NCBI GenBank assembly: GCA_951406725.2
Contig: OX597826.1
Coordinates: 44,330,001-44,394,000 of the forward strand
Source: Octopus vulgaris
Lineage: Eukaryota
Reading direction: 5' to 3'
DNA length: 64,000 nt
Shown: piece by piece, positions 12,469 to 26,452 of the stretch
How positions within the stretch are numbered: the stretch's first letter is position 1
Layout of the letters: the number at the start of each line of letters is the position of its first letter
Translations under genes and position numbers: made by a program
The notes under the pieces: model-generated
Database searches by the model: none
What the model saw: only the letters and a program-made list of their open reading frames with translations
What the model was told of the DNA's origin: nothing

Positions 12469-13646
12469 TGAATCTTACTTGCTTGCTTGCAATGTTACCC
12501 AGCCAAACTGGTGCAAATGGAAAAACACTACGAATTAAGTTTACCCTGAAATGAGAACACGAACGGAATAAAAATAGTTTCGCACAAATCGGAGCAGTTA
12601 TTGAGATATTCGGGATTTGGAAGTATAAATACCCAAAACGCTGCATAATATGAAAATGTTCCGAATATAACTTCATCCTGAAAGGGAAGAAACTCAATCT
12701 TTTCGATTTGACAGTGATTTGACAGCGAAAAATACGATTTGTTTTTTTTACAGTAAATGTTTCTGTTTTCGCTTTTGTTAAACACAGTATTTTAATAATT
12801 TAGAAATGTTTTTAAGTGAATATGATTTCAAAAATGTAAGTTGTTTGTACAGTAAGTATTCATATATTAGCTTTCTTTAAACAGACAATATTTTAATGCT
12901 TTTTAAATTCTTTTCAAGTGAATACCATATCAAAAATTTTCTTTTGGCATATTTAAAAGGGAAAATGATTTAAAAAATACAGTAAATATTTAGTGAAAGG
13001 GTCGTTCGTAACCTCGGCATGAAATACTTTTTTACCATAGGATTTTTCGAATGCCTTCAACGCATCTCGCCTCCAAAGATTTGGCTGCTATTTCTAGCAC
13101 ACCGTGTTGCCAGGGACAAACTGACAGCGGAATTCTTAAATTATATTATTGAACGTCCTAGTGTGTCAAACATAACATGATGTAATTGTTTGAAATTTAT
13201 TGTCATAACCCTAATCAATGTTATTTATAAAGTACCTAACCAAAAACTTAAACACGTACCAGATTTCGCAATAACAGGAAATCCATGCTAACATACTGTT
13301 AGCATTGAAAAAAAGGCGAAAATAGCTTCAAAAAGCGGGAAATTCCATTCTCGGTAATATTTGTACCAAAGGAAAACTGCACTTTAACTTCGTCCGGTTT
13401 ATATGTTGCCATAAGATGGATGAGATACAGGAATTATTTGTAACTCCAGACGTTTATTTCAGATACGGCATTTTATTGATTATGTTTTCTAGAAAGAATG
13501 TTTGTTATTTTTCACACCAATGATATTTTTTTCACTTGTCAGTCGTAGAATATACCTGAAAAAATACGAAATAAATTTTTTAAGCTATCAACTTGTATTC
13601 TGTGGAAACTAAAACGTCTACACAGTATACAGCCGTACATACACAC

Positions 13647-13941
<295 letters not shown>

Positions 13942-14576
13942 AGTATACAAATATGGTCGAAATGTGTTGGCACTAGCGCTCAAAACTTGGTCATCAAAAC
14001 TTCAAGAGTTTTTCAAATAAAATATTTTATAGGATATTTTTTTCCAAAATTTTATATTTTTACTGTATTGTAAAATCAATAGATTCAAAATCGAGCAGAG
14101 CTGTAGCTCAATAAACCACATGTGGTTTAGAACATTGTTGGTGTCATATTTTCATTAACAACAAATAAATAGTACTGTTTTCCCATGAGCACAACTATCG
14201 AGATTTTCTGTTTTCTATTTGATAATGTTCACAAATATATTAAAGTTATGAACGGCATCAAAGGAACTAAAAGAATTCCAAACATCTGTATTCTCCAACT
14301 AAATAACTTTTCCAATAACCTGCTGTTAATGATGTTGATAATAATTAGATAACTATGTATTTGTTCAATAATGTATCTATTCATTCTTTATACGCTCTGG
14401 CTGTGTCGAACGGTAAAACCGATCGCAGTTGTTTTCTTGCCTCCAGAAAACATCTCCTCCTTGTCACTGATATGTGATCATAACGCTGGCAGCATGCATC
14501 AGTAAATTATTGTACGGTGATTCCTATAAAAAACAGCTCGTTCTGTTGTGGGATTTGTTGGTTCCGCCAAGGGTAG

Positions 14577-14627
14577 CTTCGACTGAGGAGACACATAACA
14601 AGGTCGAAAGACCGCGGGGCCTCGAAG
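14577..14627 (+). ncRNA. Degenerate type I hammerhead motif
   Basis: cttcga-CTGAGGA-gac acataacaag gtc-GAAA-gaccgcggggcc-tcgaag. Stem I (6 bp) and stem II (3 bp) are perfect, but the 3' side of stem III and the NUH triplet are mutated. Confidence 0.55.
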
Positions 14628-15594
14628 TCCGCTTATATCGGTGGATCAATGAACCATATATGTTACGAACATACATCACTTAGTTATTCACGTTCGAATC
14701 TTCCAGATCTTGTTCATATTTGTCGCATTTTTGCGTGCAGTACTTCAATTATTATATTTATTAGTTTTTATAGATAATGCGATTCGATTTTTCTGTTGGG
14801 CCAGTATAACATAAGCGTTGATTTAGAATTATAGTCAAATACACCTTGTGTCCGTCAAGTAAATAATTCTAAAACAAGATCTTCATCTGTAATGATATCG
14901 AATGCCTTCAATTGTTTTGCAACGATATTCATGTTGGAATATCAGAAAAGAAGAAAACCACATTTGAAAGTTTCAGGTTATTGAACGATAAATAAATCTG
15001 AATTTATAAAAAAAACTTTTAATAACTCAAAATACAAAGATCTAAAACTTAACTATTGATAAAAAAAATATTTAACAATTGTAAATTCATATTAAGTTTT
15101 AAAAATATTAATTTTATATTTTCCACAAAAAAGAATCATGAAAGACCGAACAAGAACTACAGACAGATTGAATTATCAGAACGAAAAGAACAAAGGAAGA
15201 AAAAAAGAAAGAAGACAGAAAAGACAAAAAGAAAGAAAGAAAAAAGAAAGAAAGAGTAAAATATTATATCACCTTATCTTGATACGCAACATTCAAAAAA
15301 CCTATATGCTGAATCGTATTTGCATTTCTGCAAAAATTAGTGTTAGCCACGTTTAATATTTTCGCATGGTATTCCTAATTTGTAGATATGTTTCGATATT
15401 ACAAATATTTTTTGGCTTTTCTGAGGGAATGTAAGTGTAATACAGGGCCACGCATATACACACTTGCGCATGAACTTACAGAAACACATATGCATATATG
15501 TATGATATATACATATGGTGGATTTGAAGAATTATAATGTATAACCAAGAAGCACATGCTGAATTTGTCTCGTACTTATATATTTAATCTTGGC

Positions 15595-15670
15595 GTATCT
15601 GCTGACGAAGACTTCGCCTAGAAAATTATTTTATTTGCTAAAAAAGTCTGAAACCATGGTCCCGGAAATA
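15595..15670 (+). ncRNA. Type I hammerhead motif with large loop 2 and damaged stem I
   Basis: CTGACGA(15602)-agactt...aagtct-GAAAC-catg-GTC. Stem III is the palindrome ACCATGGT. Confidence 0.65.
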
Positions 15671-15892
15671 GATGGTAAATGTTTATATTTTTCATTCTCT
15701 TCGAGATGTTATCCCTAGTTAGTGGCTTGGAATGTAGCCGTTCCTTCTAGCGTAAGGGAGTCCTATGATGGATAACTCTTAATGTGTTTAATGTACACTG
15801 TATTATATATATGTGTGTATGCGTGTGTGTATATCTATATATAAATATATACATATATATATGTATGTGTGTGTGTATGCTCGTGTTGCTGA

Positions 15893-16215
15893 CACCCCCT
15901 TCAGTCATGACTGACCATGAAATTGCACCTAGAAAGTTACCCTCCCAGGCACAAGTCTGGGCAAGGTCATTTATGGAAGACTGGCAGCCGCCGATGCATA
16001 CCGGCCCTCTCCACGTCACCAGTGTTATCTAAGGGAAAGGCAAAGACCAATACAGCTTGGCGTCTGTCACGTCGCAACTCATTTCTACAGCTGAGTGAAC
16101 TGGAGCAACGTCAAATAAAGTGTCTTGCTCAAGATCACAACATGCAGTCCTGTCCAGGATTCGAACTCACAACCTCACGATCGTAAGCTCGACGTTCTAT
16201 CCAGTGAGCCATGCG
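15893..16215 (-). mobile_element. tRNA/CORE-like SINE family C
   Basis: Reverse complement has a tRNA head, 'ttgagcaagacactttatt..gttgctccagttcactcagctgtagaaatgag' and tail 'gtcatgactgaagggg'. Copies at 18740-19040 (+) and 26910-27235 (-). Confidence 0.85.
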
Positions 16216-16256
16216 ATTCATGTACACGCATAGATTTTAATATAAGCTTATATGAA

Positions 16257-16625
16257 GGCGGCGAGTTGGCAGAATCGATAGCTAATACTGCTAAGTATTT
16301 CGTCTGTCTTTACGTTCTGAGTTCAAATTCTGCCCAGGTCGACTTTGCTTTTCATCCTTTCGGGGTCGATAAATTAAGTACCAGTTGGGTACTGGAGTCG
16401 ATCTAATCGACAGGGCCGCTCCCCAAAATTTCGGGTCTTGTGCTCAGAGTAGAGAAGATTTAAGTTGGCGAGCTGGTGGAATCGTTTGCATGCAGGGCAA
16501 AATGCTCAGCAGTACTTCGTCCGTCTTTACGTTCTGAGTTCAAATTCCGCCGAGGTCGACTTTGCCTTTCCTCCTTTCGCGGTCGATAAAGTGAGTACTG
16601 GGTCAATGTAATCCACGAGACATTG
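16257..16625 (+). mobile_element. SINE family A, two tandem copies
   Basis: Same head and core as 9030. Confidence 0.85.
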
Positions 16626-17164
16626 CCACGAAACTGCTGGCCTTATGCCAACATTTGAAATCAATATAAACGCACTTGTATGTATCCCCCTCTCTCTCCC
16701 TGTCACTCTCTCTCTCTCTCTCTCTCTCTACATTGCACACACATTTATATATACCATGCATATATACATATATACATACCATGTATATATATATACATGG
16801 ATTTTGAAGCAAGAGACAATTCCTCTAAAATTCGTGCTAGTTATTTGAAGCATAGAATTATGTCTTTCTGGTCCAGGAAAAGCGAAGTAAACATCAGTTT
16901 AGAACGGGAACACACACACACATACACACACAAACACACACATACACACACACACACACTCACACATACACAAACACACACACATAATCAGAGCTCACAG
17001 GAAGCACCTCACCTGGTCCGTTGCTAGAACACTTTATTCACCATGGAAACGATGTAAACTTTCGATTTCCACACATATACCATATATTCTTGCTACACAA
17101 TACTAAAACTTAACGCAATAACTTTAACATACATCCACGACTAATATTACCATTATTAGTTTAA

Positions 17165-17730
17165 GGTAAATGGGCAAATTGTTAGCGTGCGGGGCCAAAT
17201 ACTTCTCGGTCGACTTTCATCCTTTCGGGTTCGATAAATTAAGTACCGGGTAGATGTAATTGACTAATCCCCTCCTCCAAAATTTCAGGCCTTGTACTTA
17301 TAATAGAAAGGATTATTAGTTTAAGGTGATGAGCTGACAGTATCGTTAGCACACCGGGTAAAATGTCTTGCGGGTATTTCGTTCGGCTTTACGTTTTGGG
17401 TTCAAACTCTGTCGGGGTCAAATTTGACTTTCACTCTTTCGGGATCGTTACAATAAGTACAGATTTAACACAGCGGACGATGTAATCGATTCACCCCTAC
17501 CACTCACGTCCTAATGGCCTTGTGTCAACATTTCAAATAAATATTACTGTTACTAGAATAAGGCAACCAATACGTTTGAGGTTCAAATTTCGCTGGGGTT
17601 TCTTTTGCCTTTCATCCTTTCCATAAGATAACTGCCATTTGTGAACTGGTATCGATTTAATCGATTTAACCCCCCCCCCAATTCGAGTTTACTGGACTTG
17701 TACCGATATTCGAAATCAATATTACTATCA
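17165..17730 (+). mobile_element. Cluster of diverged SINE family A copies
   Basis: Repeated core and tail motifs. Confidence 0.75.
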
Positions 17731-18018
17731 CTAGCCATACCCCGTAGGTTTGTCTACTATAATTAGTATAACTTCTGTTTTTCCGTTTCTGTATTTCTAC
17801 TCTGTTTAGTTTATCTAATCCCAGCTGAATTTCATTGGCAATTCAGTATTACCACATAGAGATAGCACTGATAACCATTATTAGTGTTTATCTATAATCT
17901 ATGAACTAATTAGCTATAAATCTTTTCTCATAAATTTGTTATACGATGTCCACGAACGTACCGAAGCTCTCCTCTATATTATACAAATAAGTAAACGATA
18001 ATCGTGATTACACGTGCG

Positions 18019-18109
<91 letters not shown>
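18019..18109. repeat. Perfect (CTA)n microsatellite
   Basis: Direct reading. Confidence 0.98.
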
Positions 18110-18739
18110 CAATTATCTTTAAAATGTAGTCCCTTTAGTTTATTTCCAGATTTATGTTTCCCATACTTTATTATACTTGATTAATATCTAATTCATCAAT
18201 TTTAGCTGGTCGTTTCCATTTATATAATATGCAATCTTAACTAAACTGTAGTATATTCCAATCCTTAGTGTTGATAGTGAGGTTGCTTGATAGAATATGA
18301 ATCTCTGTATATATGAATGCGTTACATTTATCGTACGTATATGTACGCAAATAATAATACAGATTGATTTGTATACGTACGAAAAAATTAGGAAAATTCT
18401 ATTTACGAAATTTTTATTTTGATATATTTTGTTTGAGAACAAGTGGACGAGCATGTGTATAAGAAGGTATGTGAATAAATGTGTCTCAGAATATTCCTAC
18501 GAGGTGTTTGGGTTTATATCTTGGTGAATTATCAATGGTCGTTGAATGGCATCCCTGTTCTTCTAAATCAGTCTTGCGTGAAAATTTAGGCTGTTTTGCA
18601 ATACATCCATGTACCTCTTCTAAATACTGTATCTTTAACAACTCCGGCCTCTCGATATTGAAATTCACATATATATCTTTTCTATTTTCTCCAAAATTTT
18701 CATTCAATTTATTTGCTTATCTATTCATATATTTATTTT

Positions 18740-19040
18740 ATGGCTAAGTGGCTAGAGCGTCAGACTCACGATCATAGGGTAGTGAGTTCGATTCCCGGAC
18801 CGGGCCGGGTTGCGTGTTGTATTCTTGATTAAGTCATTTAGTTCACTCAGCCGTAGAAATGAGTTGCGACATCACAGGTGCTAAGCTGTATCGGCCTTTG
18901 CTTTTCCTTTGGATTACACCAGTGATGTATAGAGGGGAGGTTGGTATGCATTGGCGACTGCTGGTCATCCACAAACAACCTTACCCGGGCTTGTGCCTTA
19001 GAAGGGAACTTTCTGGGAGCAACTCCATGCTCATTCATGA
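18740..19040 (+). mobile_element. SINE family C
   Basis: 'tggctaagtggctagagcgtc...gagttcgattccc' head, homologous to 15893-16215. Confidence 0.85.
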
Positions 19041-19832
19041 ACTCGTATTCTTATTCTTTATTTTCTTATCACCTGGTGTATTCGTTTAAAAACAATGGGA
19101 ATATGAGCCAAATTTTTAGAAAGTTAATTCTTTCTTATATTATCATTTATCTTTTGATTTTGTTGAATTTACTTTATTTTATTGTATTCTGTTTTCTAAA
19201 TTTGCGCATATCACCTGCCACATACATACATACATACATACATACATACATACATACAAGTGTGTATGTGTGTGCGCCCGCGTGCCTGTGTATGTGTGTG
19301 TTCGTATGTATATTCATTTACATATATCTCACGAATGATGTAGAATCCTTTTGTAACTAACACAGATTACAAAACCCCTGTTAATCTACTCACTCTTTTC
19401 ACTTCTTTAATTAGTTCAATATGGGCACAGGTTACGCGAATGTTTAACAAATTAGCTTCGCAAACATGTCTAAGGTTCAGTGCTGCTGTTTTGCATCTCC
19501 GGCAGTAGCCATTTTGTATAGCTTCAACTTCACTCATTCTTTGCGAGGGCACTTACATAGACGGAAACTGTACAGAATCCTGTCAGATGGGTTTTACGCG
19601 AAATATAAAGGTATAGACATAGATTTGCACATGATAATGATGCTAAACAAATTACTCCGGAAAGCTCAGACAATTTCAAGCTAACTTAATACGCAAGTAA
19701 TTCATTTGCATATCTATGCACTCCGTATATAGATGTATGTGTGTATGCATATATACATATATACAGAATGAGAGAGAGAGAGGGAGGGAGAGACACATAT
19801 AATATGTAAATATATATAAATATATATACATG

Positions 19833-19885
<53 letters not shown>

Positions 19886-20501
19886 ACCCTATCTATCTAT
19901 ATGTATGTGTGTGTGTGTAGACTCACACATGCATATATTATGCATCTGTCTATCAATATGTATGCACGTACGTATATATGTGCATATATATATGTATATA
20001 TATGTATATATATATATATATATATATCCATACATACATACATCCATACATACATACATACATAAATATATATATATATATATACACGTAGGTTTAACTT
20101 TAGTGAAAGACTGTACATAAATGTATAAGTGCGAATGTGAAATGCCTTCGAGTGTTGCTGTAATATGATGGACATGATCTTTACAAATACTTTTGTTTTG
20201 TAGCTGAACGTCATGAGTTTCGTGACGAAAGCTCTCTTTTCGGTTGAACACAAAATACATTGTATAGGATGTTTGTCATTGACGACTGGATTAACAAATT
20301 ACGTGGGATTTATAATAAGAACATAACATTATGTCATCACAAAATATATGAAATGTTATTTCATAAGGATTTCATAAATAATTCAGTTAGATGGCGCATA
20401 AGCGTTCGATCTTATGGAATGATATTTTGGCGTACCTTTCATGACAGTGAAATCTTTAAGCATTTTAGAATGCGTACCCCTAATAAATCTACAGCTTTGT
20501 C

Positions 20502-20896
20502 GGCTGTGTGGTAAGTATCTTGCTTACCAACCACATGGCTTCGAGTTCAGTCACACTGCGTGGCACCCTGGGCAAGTGTCTTCTACTATAGCCTAGGACC
20601 AACCAAAGCCTTGTGAGTGGATTAGGTAGACGGAAACTGAAAGAAACTCGTCGTATATATGTATATATATATATATATAAGTGTATATGTTTGTGTGCCT
20701 GTGTTCGTCCCCCCAGAATTGCTTGACAACCAATGCTGGTGTGTTAACGTTCCCGGTTCGGCAAAAGACATCGATAGAATAAGTACTAGGCTTACAAAGA
20801 ATAAGTCATGGGGCGATTTGGTCGACTAAAGGCGGTGCTCCAGCATGGCCGCAGTCAAATGCCTGAAACAAGTAAAAGTGTAAGAGAGTAAAAGAG
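20502..20896 (+). mobile_element. SINE family B
   Basis: Homologous to 4112-4529. Confidence 0.9.
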
Positions 20897-21038
20897 CTTT
20901 TGAATGTAGAGCGTGCAGTATTGCAGTTTCTACGAGAGTGGATTTCTCAGATTGTATACCACTAGCCATCAACCGTTGAATATAAAGCGTGGCAGACGGT
21001 ACTTTCCATGACAATGGGTGGTTTTGTCTGAATCTATA

Positions 21039-21433
21039 CGAATGGTACTGAAAGTTCTTGATTTTGAGTAAAACAAAAAAAAAAAAACAGAATGTTAATT
21101 AGTTATGATTTTATTAAACATATTCCCCTCTGTTATATCGCAATACTACACAGTGTCTGTGTGAGCTACGAAATCTTCGTCGCTACTGTTATATCGCACG
21201 TTCGGATGACCTCTTCTCAACTCCTCGACGTCTAGACTTCTCCCTCTATATCTACGTATTGTGCTAGCCTACTTAATCGTCTGGGAGTATCCGCACAACA
21301 CCCTCTCAGATTTGCACACTTATTGCGCCGCTCCTCTAGTTTTTCTAAGCCCTGTAAAAGAACTCGGAAGGTTGAGCCTCCAGCCAGGCCTTTCGCTACA
21401 CTCTTAAAGTCAGGAATTTTTCTGCACCTTTCG
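21039..21433. mobile_element. Mariner-derived MITE (imperfect TIRs, TA TSD) interrupted by a solo LTR
   Basis: TA|cgaatggtactgaaagttcttga ... tcaggaattttttctgcacctttcg|TA. Confidence 0.75.
21131..21300. mobile_element. 170-bp solo LTR-like insertion
   Basis: TGTT...AACA termini flanked by the 5-bp TSD CCCTC (21126-21130 and 21301-21305). Confidence 0.75.
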
Positions 21434-21847
21434 TACCAGTAATAAGATGCAATTAAATGGACTACGGTTTGCTCTCACTAGAATTCTCCTTATGCACAGT
21501 GAGAATATATAAATGAAGTAGATAATTGCAAAATATTTACCAGTAAAACAGATTATTCTTTTGTTTATATATTTGAAAGTAATTGATTGTAATAACGCAG
21601 GAATAATGGGTTAGATATTGTATTTTAATAGAAGTCAATACCAAAAATCCCAGGTGTGGTGCGCTGGCAATGAGGTATATAATTTTTTTTAAAAATATTT
21701 TTTTATTTTAATTTTTTTATTTTTTGCTTTTACTATCATTTCAATAAGATGCGCGCCAGTAGTGTTTTTACTTGATCTCCACTGCGCCATGAAGTCAAAA
21801 ATGATTGAGAGTCGCTGATTAAAATTCATAGAAAAATATATTGACTT

Positions 21848-21906
21848 GATGATGATGATGATGATGACTATGATGGTGATGATGATGATGATGATGACTA
21901 TGATGG

Positions 21907-21937
<31 letters not shown>

Positions 21938-22065
21938 GATGATGATGGTGGTGGTGATGATGATGATGGTGATGAATGATGATGATGGTGATGATGATGA
22001 TGACAATGATGATGATGATGATGATGATGGTGATGATGATGGTGATGAATGATGATTGATGATGA
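21848..22065. repeat. (GAT)n/(GGT)n microsatellite
   Basis: Direct reading. Confidence 0.95.
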
Positions 22066-22164
22066 TTAAAAAATAAAATAAAGTAAACAAATAAAATTAT
22101 TGATCGAAATACAGAGGAAATTTGCAATTTAAATAAGTTCACGTTAGGGCCTTGCCCCAGCTGC

Positions 22165-22500
<336 letters not shown>

Positions 22501-22885
22501 ATTTTTACTAGTCACAAGAGCACAGATAGCGGGGACACCACACGGACAAGCAACAATTGAAGTGGCAATTTATATGAAAGATGGGGAGAGAAAAAATCGA
22601 AAACACTCTGTAATACGGTAAAAGTATACAAAGTATGTGATAACATGAATGATGCAGTCACCCTGTTACAGGAGAATCCCGAGTTAGGGCCACTCATGAA
22701 ACCCCACAGATCCAGGGTTCCCTGACCACTGTAGGTGTAAGCCCTCTCTCCTGGTCCCCAATTTACAGGCGCATACTTTAAGGCCATTCACTCTAAGCGT
22801 TATTATCTCAATCAAACATCTCTTCACAAATTCACTGGGAGGCAGCACTTTCCTCTCAATTAATACATTCCTTTCCAAGTGGATG
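22501..22885 (-). mobile_element. 3' end (ORF2 C-terminus plus 3' UTR) of an L1/Tx1-like LINE
   Basis: 'HLERNVLIERKVLPPSEFVKRCLIEIITLRVNG' followed by a pyrimidine-rich UTR ending in microsatellite. The terminal ~60 nt resemble the tail of one SINE A subfamily. Confidence 0.5.
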
Positions 22886-23599
22886 AAAACATGATAATAA
22901 TTTCGTTTACGTTAGTTTACCGAGTGGCCAATTCGTTAGTGTGATATAGATTTCGAAGGCAAAAATATTTACGTTAAAAATCTGCAAATTTAACATTAGG
23001 TTTATGGATGATGTTTTTGAACCAAACGATAGCTGTGTTTTATTTCCTTCACTTATGAAGCCTACACTCTTCTTCCTTATGATGATGTTGATTTGTTTTG
23101 CAGGACATTCTTGTTTATCTGTTGTACTTGGTAGATTGCAACGTATCTCAGAGATTCCTTCTAAATGAGGAACACATAGTCATGTGTAAGCAAACTTTAA
23201 TTTGCCGTCGAAAATTATTCTTGCAGACGAAATTTCACTCCTAATAAAAATAAATAATTAGCATTAATAACAATTATTGCCAAGAAGGCAAGCTCAGTAT
23301 TCGATAGTTGCATTCGGAGGGTGGGTTACCCGAGGCCAATACTTAGTCTATAGAGTGACGAATAAGGACGTGATATGTAATACATTCTCTTACGAAGTAC
23401 ATCTATATTAAGTGATTAAGTAATTTAAAATAACCAGAGCAGAAATTTTGGTGCGGAAAATCCGCATTAAGAATATAAGGACAAATGCGAATGAATACGA
23501 TTTATGTAATGAGCTAAAGAATATACATAAATATGCAAAAACAGGCACACAAACATAGGTTTACAGACAACTTTCTATGTGTGTATATATATGGGTATA

Positions 23600-24110
23600 T
23601 ATACACAATATACAATAATGCAGGCAAAATGGAGAGTTCAAATTGGCATATGTTAATTTATTAACATATATTATATTATTATTACAATAATATAAATTTT
23701 TTAAAAATAAATATAAATACAATCCCTACAATTATTTCGATTCAAACCCCAAAACCAACAACATTTTCATATTATGGAAATATTTTGGGGTAAGAATCTC
23801 ATCAGGGTAACGGATCAAAATCACATATGAGAAGTTTAAAATCGCAAAACAGACTGAATCAGTATATGTTTATGGTGTGTCTATGGGTGAATTCAGTCGT
23901 TTCAATAACTAGATCCTTCAAATAATACTTCTTTGGTGGTACTGGAATGTCCTTCAATGATAGGTCAATTTGTAACTTTTCCATTTTACCAGAGCAAAAT
24001 ATTATTAATATTACTACTCAAGTAATGATTAAAAATTAAGTTTATTCAATATTTTGGTCGGGTTCAGAATGGAATTAATTTTAGGGGATTGTATCTATAT
24101 ATATTTTTTA
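23600..24110 (-). mobile_element. Internally deleted Naiad-like PLE: ORF start fused to HHR-bearing 3' end, with a short inverted 5' segment
   Basis: ORF 23984-23859 MEKLQIDLSLKDIPVPPKKYYLKDLVIETTEFTHRHTINIY* carries an SLKxIP..Y...L.....F..R motif. HHR at 23721-23810. 24085-24110 is an inverted copy of the post-cleavage sequence. Confidence 0.7.
23721..23810 (-). ncRNA. Type I hammerhead ribozyme with extended stem II
   Basis: Reverse complement: tacc-CTGATGA-gattc ttaccccaaaa...ttttggggttt gaatc-GAAAT-aatt-GTA-gggatt. Core intact, stem I short and imperfect. Confidence 0.7.
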
Positions 24111-24881
24111 ATTTCATCTTAATATACATATATATACATATATACATATATATATATTTGAGTATATATATACACATTTATATGTATTTATATATATGTG
24201 TGTGCATGTGTGTATGTATGTATGTGTGTTTGTGTGTGTGTGCGTTTGCTCTAGTTGCTCTTGGGAACTCAGCTGGACAAAATAGAAGATATTCAACTGC
24301 ATATCTTCCGACGCTTTACACTCTAAGTTCAAATCCCACCGAGGTAAACTCTGTTTTTCATCTCCCCAGACTATAGGAAATAAATTACGTGTCGAGTACT
24401 GGGCCCGATGCAATCGAATTATATTTCCCCTCAAATTTGCTGCTTTGGAAGCTTGTAACGGACCAGCTTACAATTCATTGGAATGATGGTGTTCTCGATG
24501 ATAACTTATATGGCATGGAAACTTGATAACCATACGCACGAATCCTAGGCCTCGAAGAAAGAGACTCCCCCCACCAGTGACTGCCTATTTATATGCACAC
24601 AAGCACACAGTTTAGTGAATATTATTTTGAGGACTATTGTAGTATTTTGAGAATATCTTAATATTTTATATTTTAAACATAAAATGCAAGGATATAAATA
24701 AACTTCTATACTGTCAATTTGGCGCCGTTTCAATTTATGTATGATGTTTTTAAATGGTAGGCATTTTTTTTTCCATCAAACTTTTAAAATGATTGTGTTT
24801 GATTGATAAACACACACACACACATACTTATAGGTATTTATATGTATATAATTCATATATGTATATATTTATTTATATGCG

Positions 24882-24938
<57 letters not shown>

Positions 24939-24962
24939 CTAATATATTCTTAATGCGTTTAC

Positions 24963-25006
<44 letters not shown>

Positions 25007-26009
25007 TCTGAATATTTATTTTAATAGTTTTACAGGTTTGTTAGTATATCAATAAACTTCGAAATATTTTGTATATTTGTTTATCGTTTATTGCTTCACG
25101 TTTGTTTATTTAGCTTTTCGAATTCATGTAAGTTCGTTTAGCACTTAAAGAAATTAGCCAGGAAACAATTCGCTCATGCTGAAATATTATGTTGGCATGA
25201 TTAATGGCTTGGGTCTATGTTTTGGGAGACGAATGATTCGTGTAATTTCATCAAAAGTGAATTAAATTTGTCTCAAAAAATGTTTAAAATTATTACATTG
25301 TGATATATTTTGTAATGTTACATCGATAACTCTAATTAATTTAAGACATTTTTCTTGTCGATTTTAATTTATTTATGCTTTTTGGGGGATGCAGGCAGTG
25401 AGGGTTTTATTCATTTGCTAACGAATTTGTTGAAAACAAACATTTTATTGTCATTCCTGAATTTGTATGTTTGTGCTTGTTGCTTGCTATTTCATGTAGA
25501 ACTCGTTATATTTTTATATCACTGACATTGCTTTATATGAATGAATAGATTGGTTCCGTTAATACGGGAAAGGAAATCAAAGTACCGTAACTGAATAATT
25601 GTTTCCATAATTTAAACGCGCACTAATGTATTTTCACTAGCATGCTATTACTTAAAATACACTGTGTTGAGTAATTATATGCCTACCCATGTGCATCCGG
25701 GTATTTTTGTAGTTTTGTATTTAACTCGAATATTTATTTTTGTAATCGTATTAAGTGACTGGTCCTACACTGCTGTGTAATATTATATTGTTGTTCTAAA
25801 ACTGGATATGCTTTAAAAAAAAAAACAGCAAAAAAAAACAAGTAAACAATACATTGTGTTGGATTGCATACAACTGCACGTACATGTGACTGAATATGTG
25901 AACTCGTCTATATGATTGCGTGTGTTAAAGCACATAGTGTATGTAGGTTTATGTCAGAGTTCATGAAGATACATGCACATGCGTATATGCATATATTGAT
26001 ACATGTCTC

Positions 26010-26036
26010 TAGATAGATAGATAGATATATAGATAG

Positions 26037-26128
<92 letters not shown>
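26010..26128. repeat. (GATA)n microsatellite
   Basis: Direct reading. Confidence 0.97.
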
Positions 26129-26452
26129 TGCATTTGTGCACTAATTATGAAATCATGTGATATGCAGCTGAATTTTGTTTTTGAGAGGCTCACTTCGAGA
26201 GTTGCATTCCCTCGCATTCGGTACTATGTGTTTATTTACTTTGCTAGTTTTGACTTTAAGAGTTCCTCCTACCGTGTGGCATTTATGTATAGTAATACCC
26301 TCAATATAAATAAAAAATAATAGATAGATACGTAGTTAGATAGACACACACGCACGCATATATAATTATACATATTATTTTGATGAAGTTAGTATTTTAC
26401 TTCGCCTGCGGGTGTTCAGTATCTTCAGTCCAGTTATGATGTAAGTTAGTGA

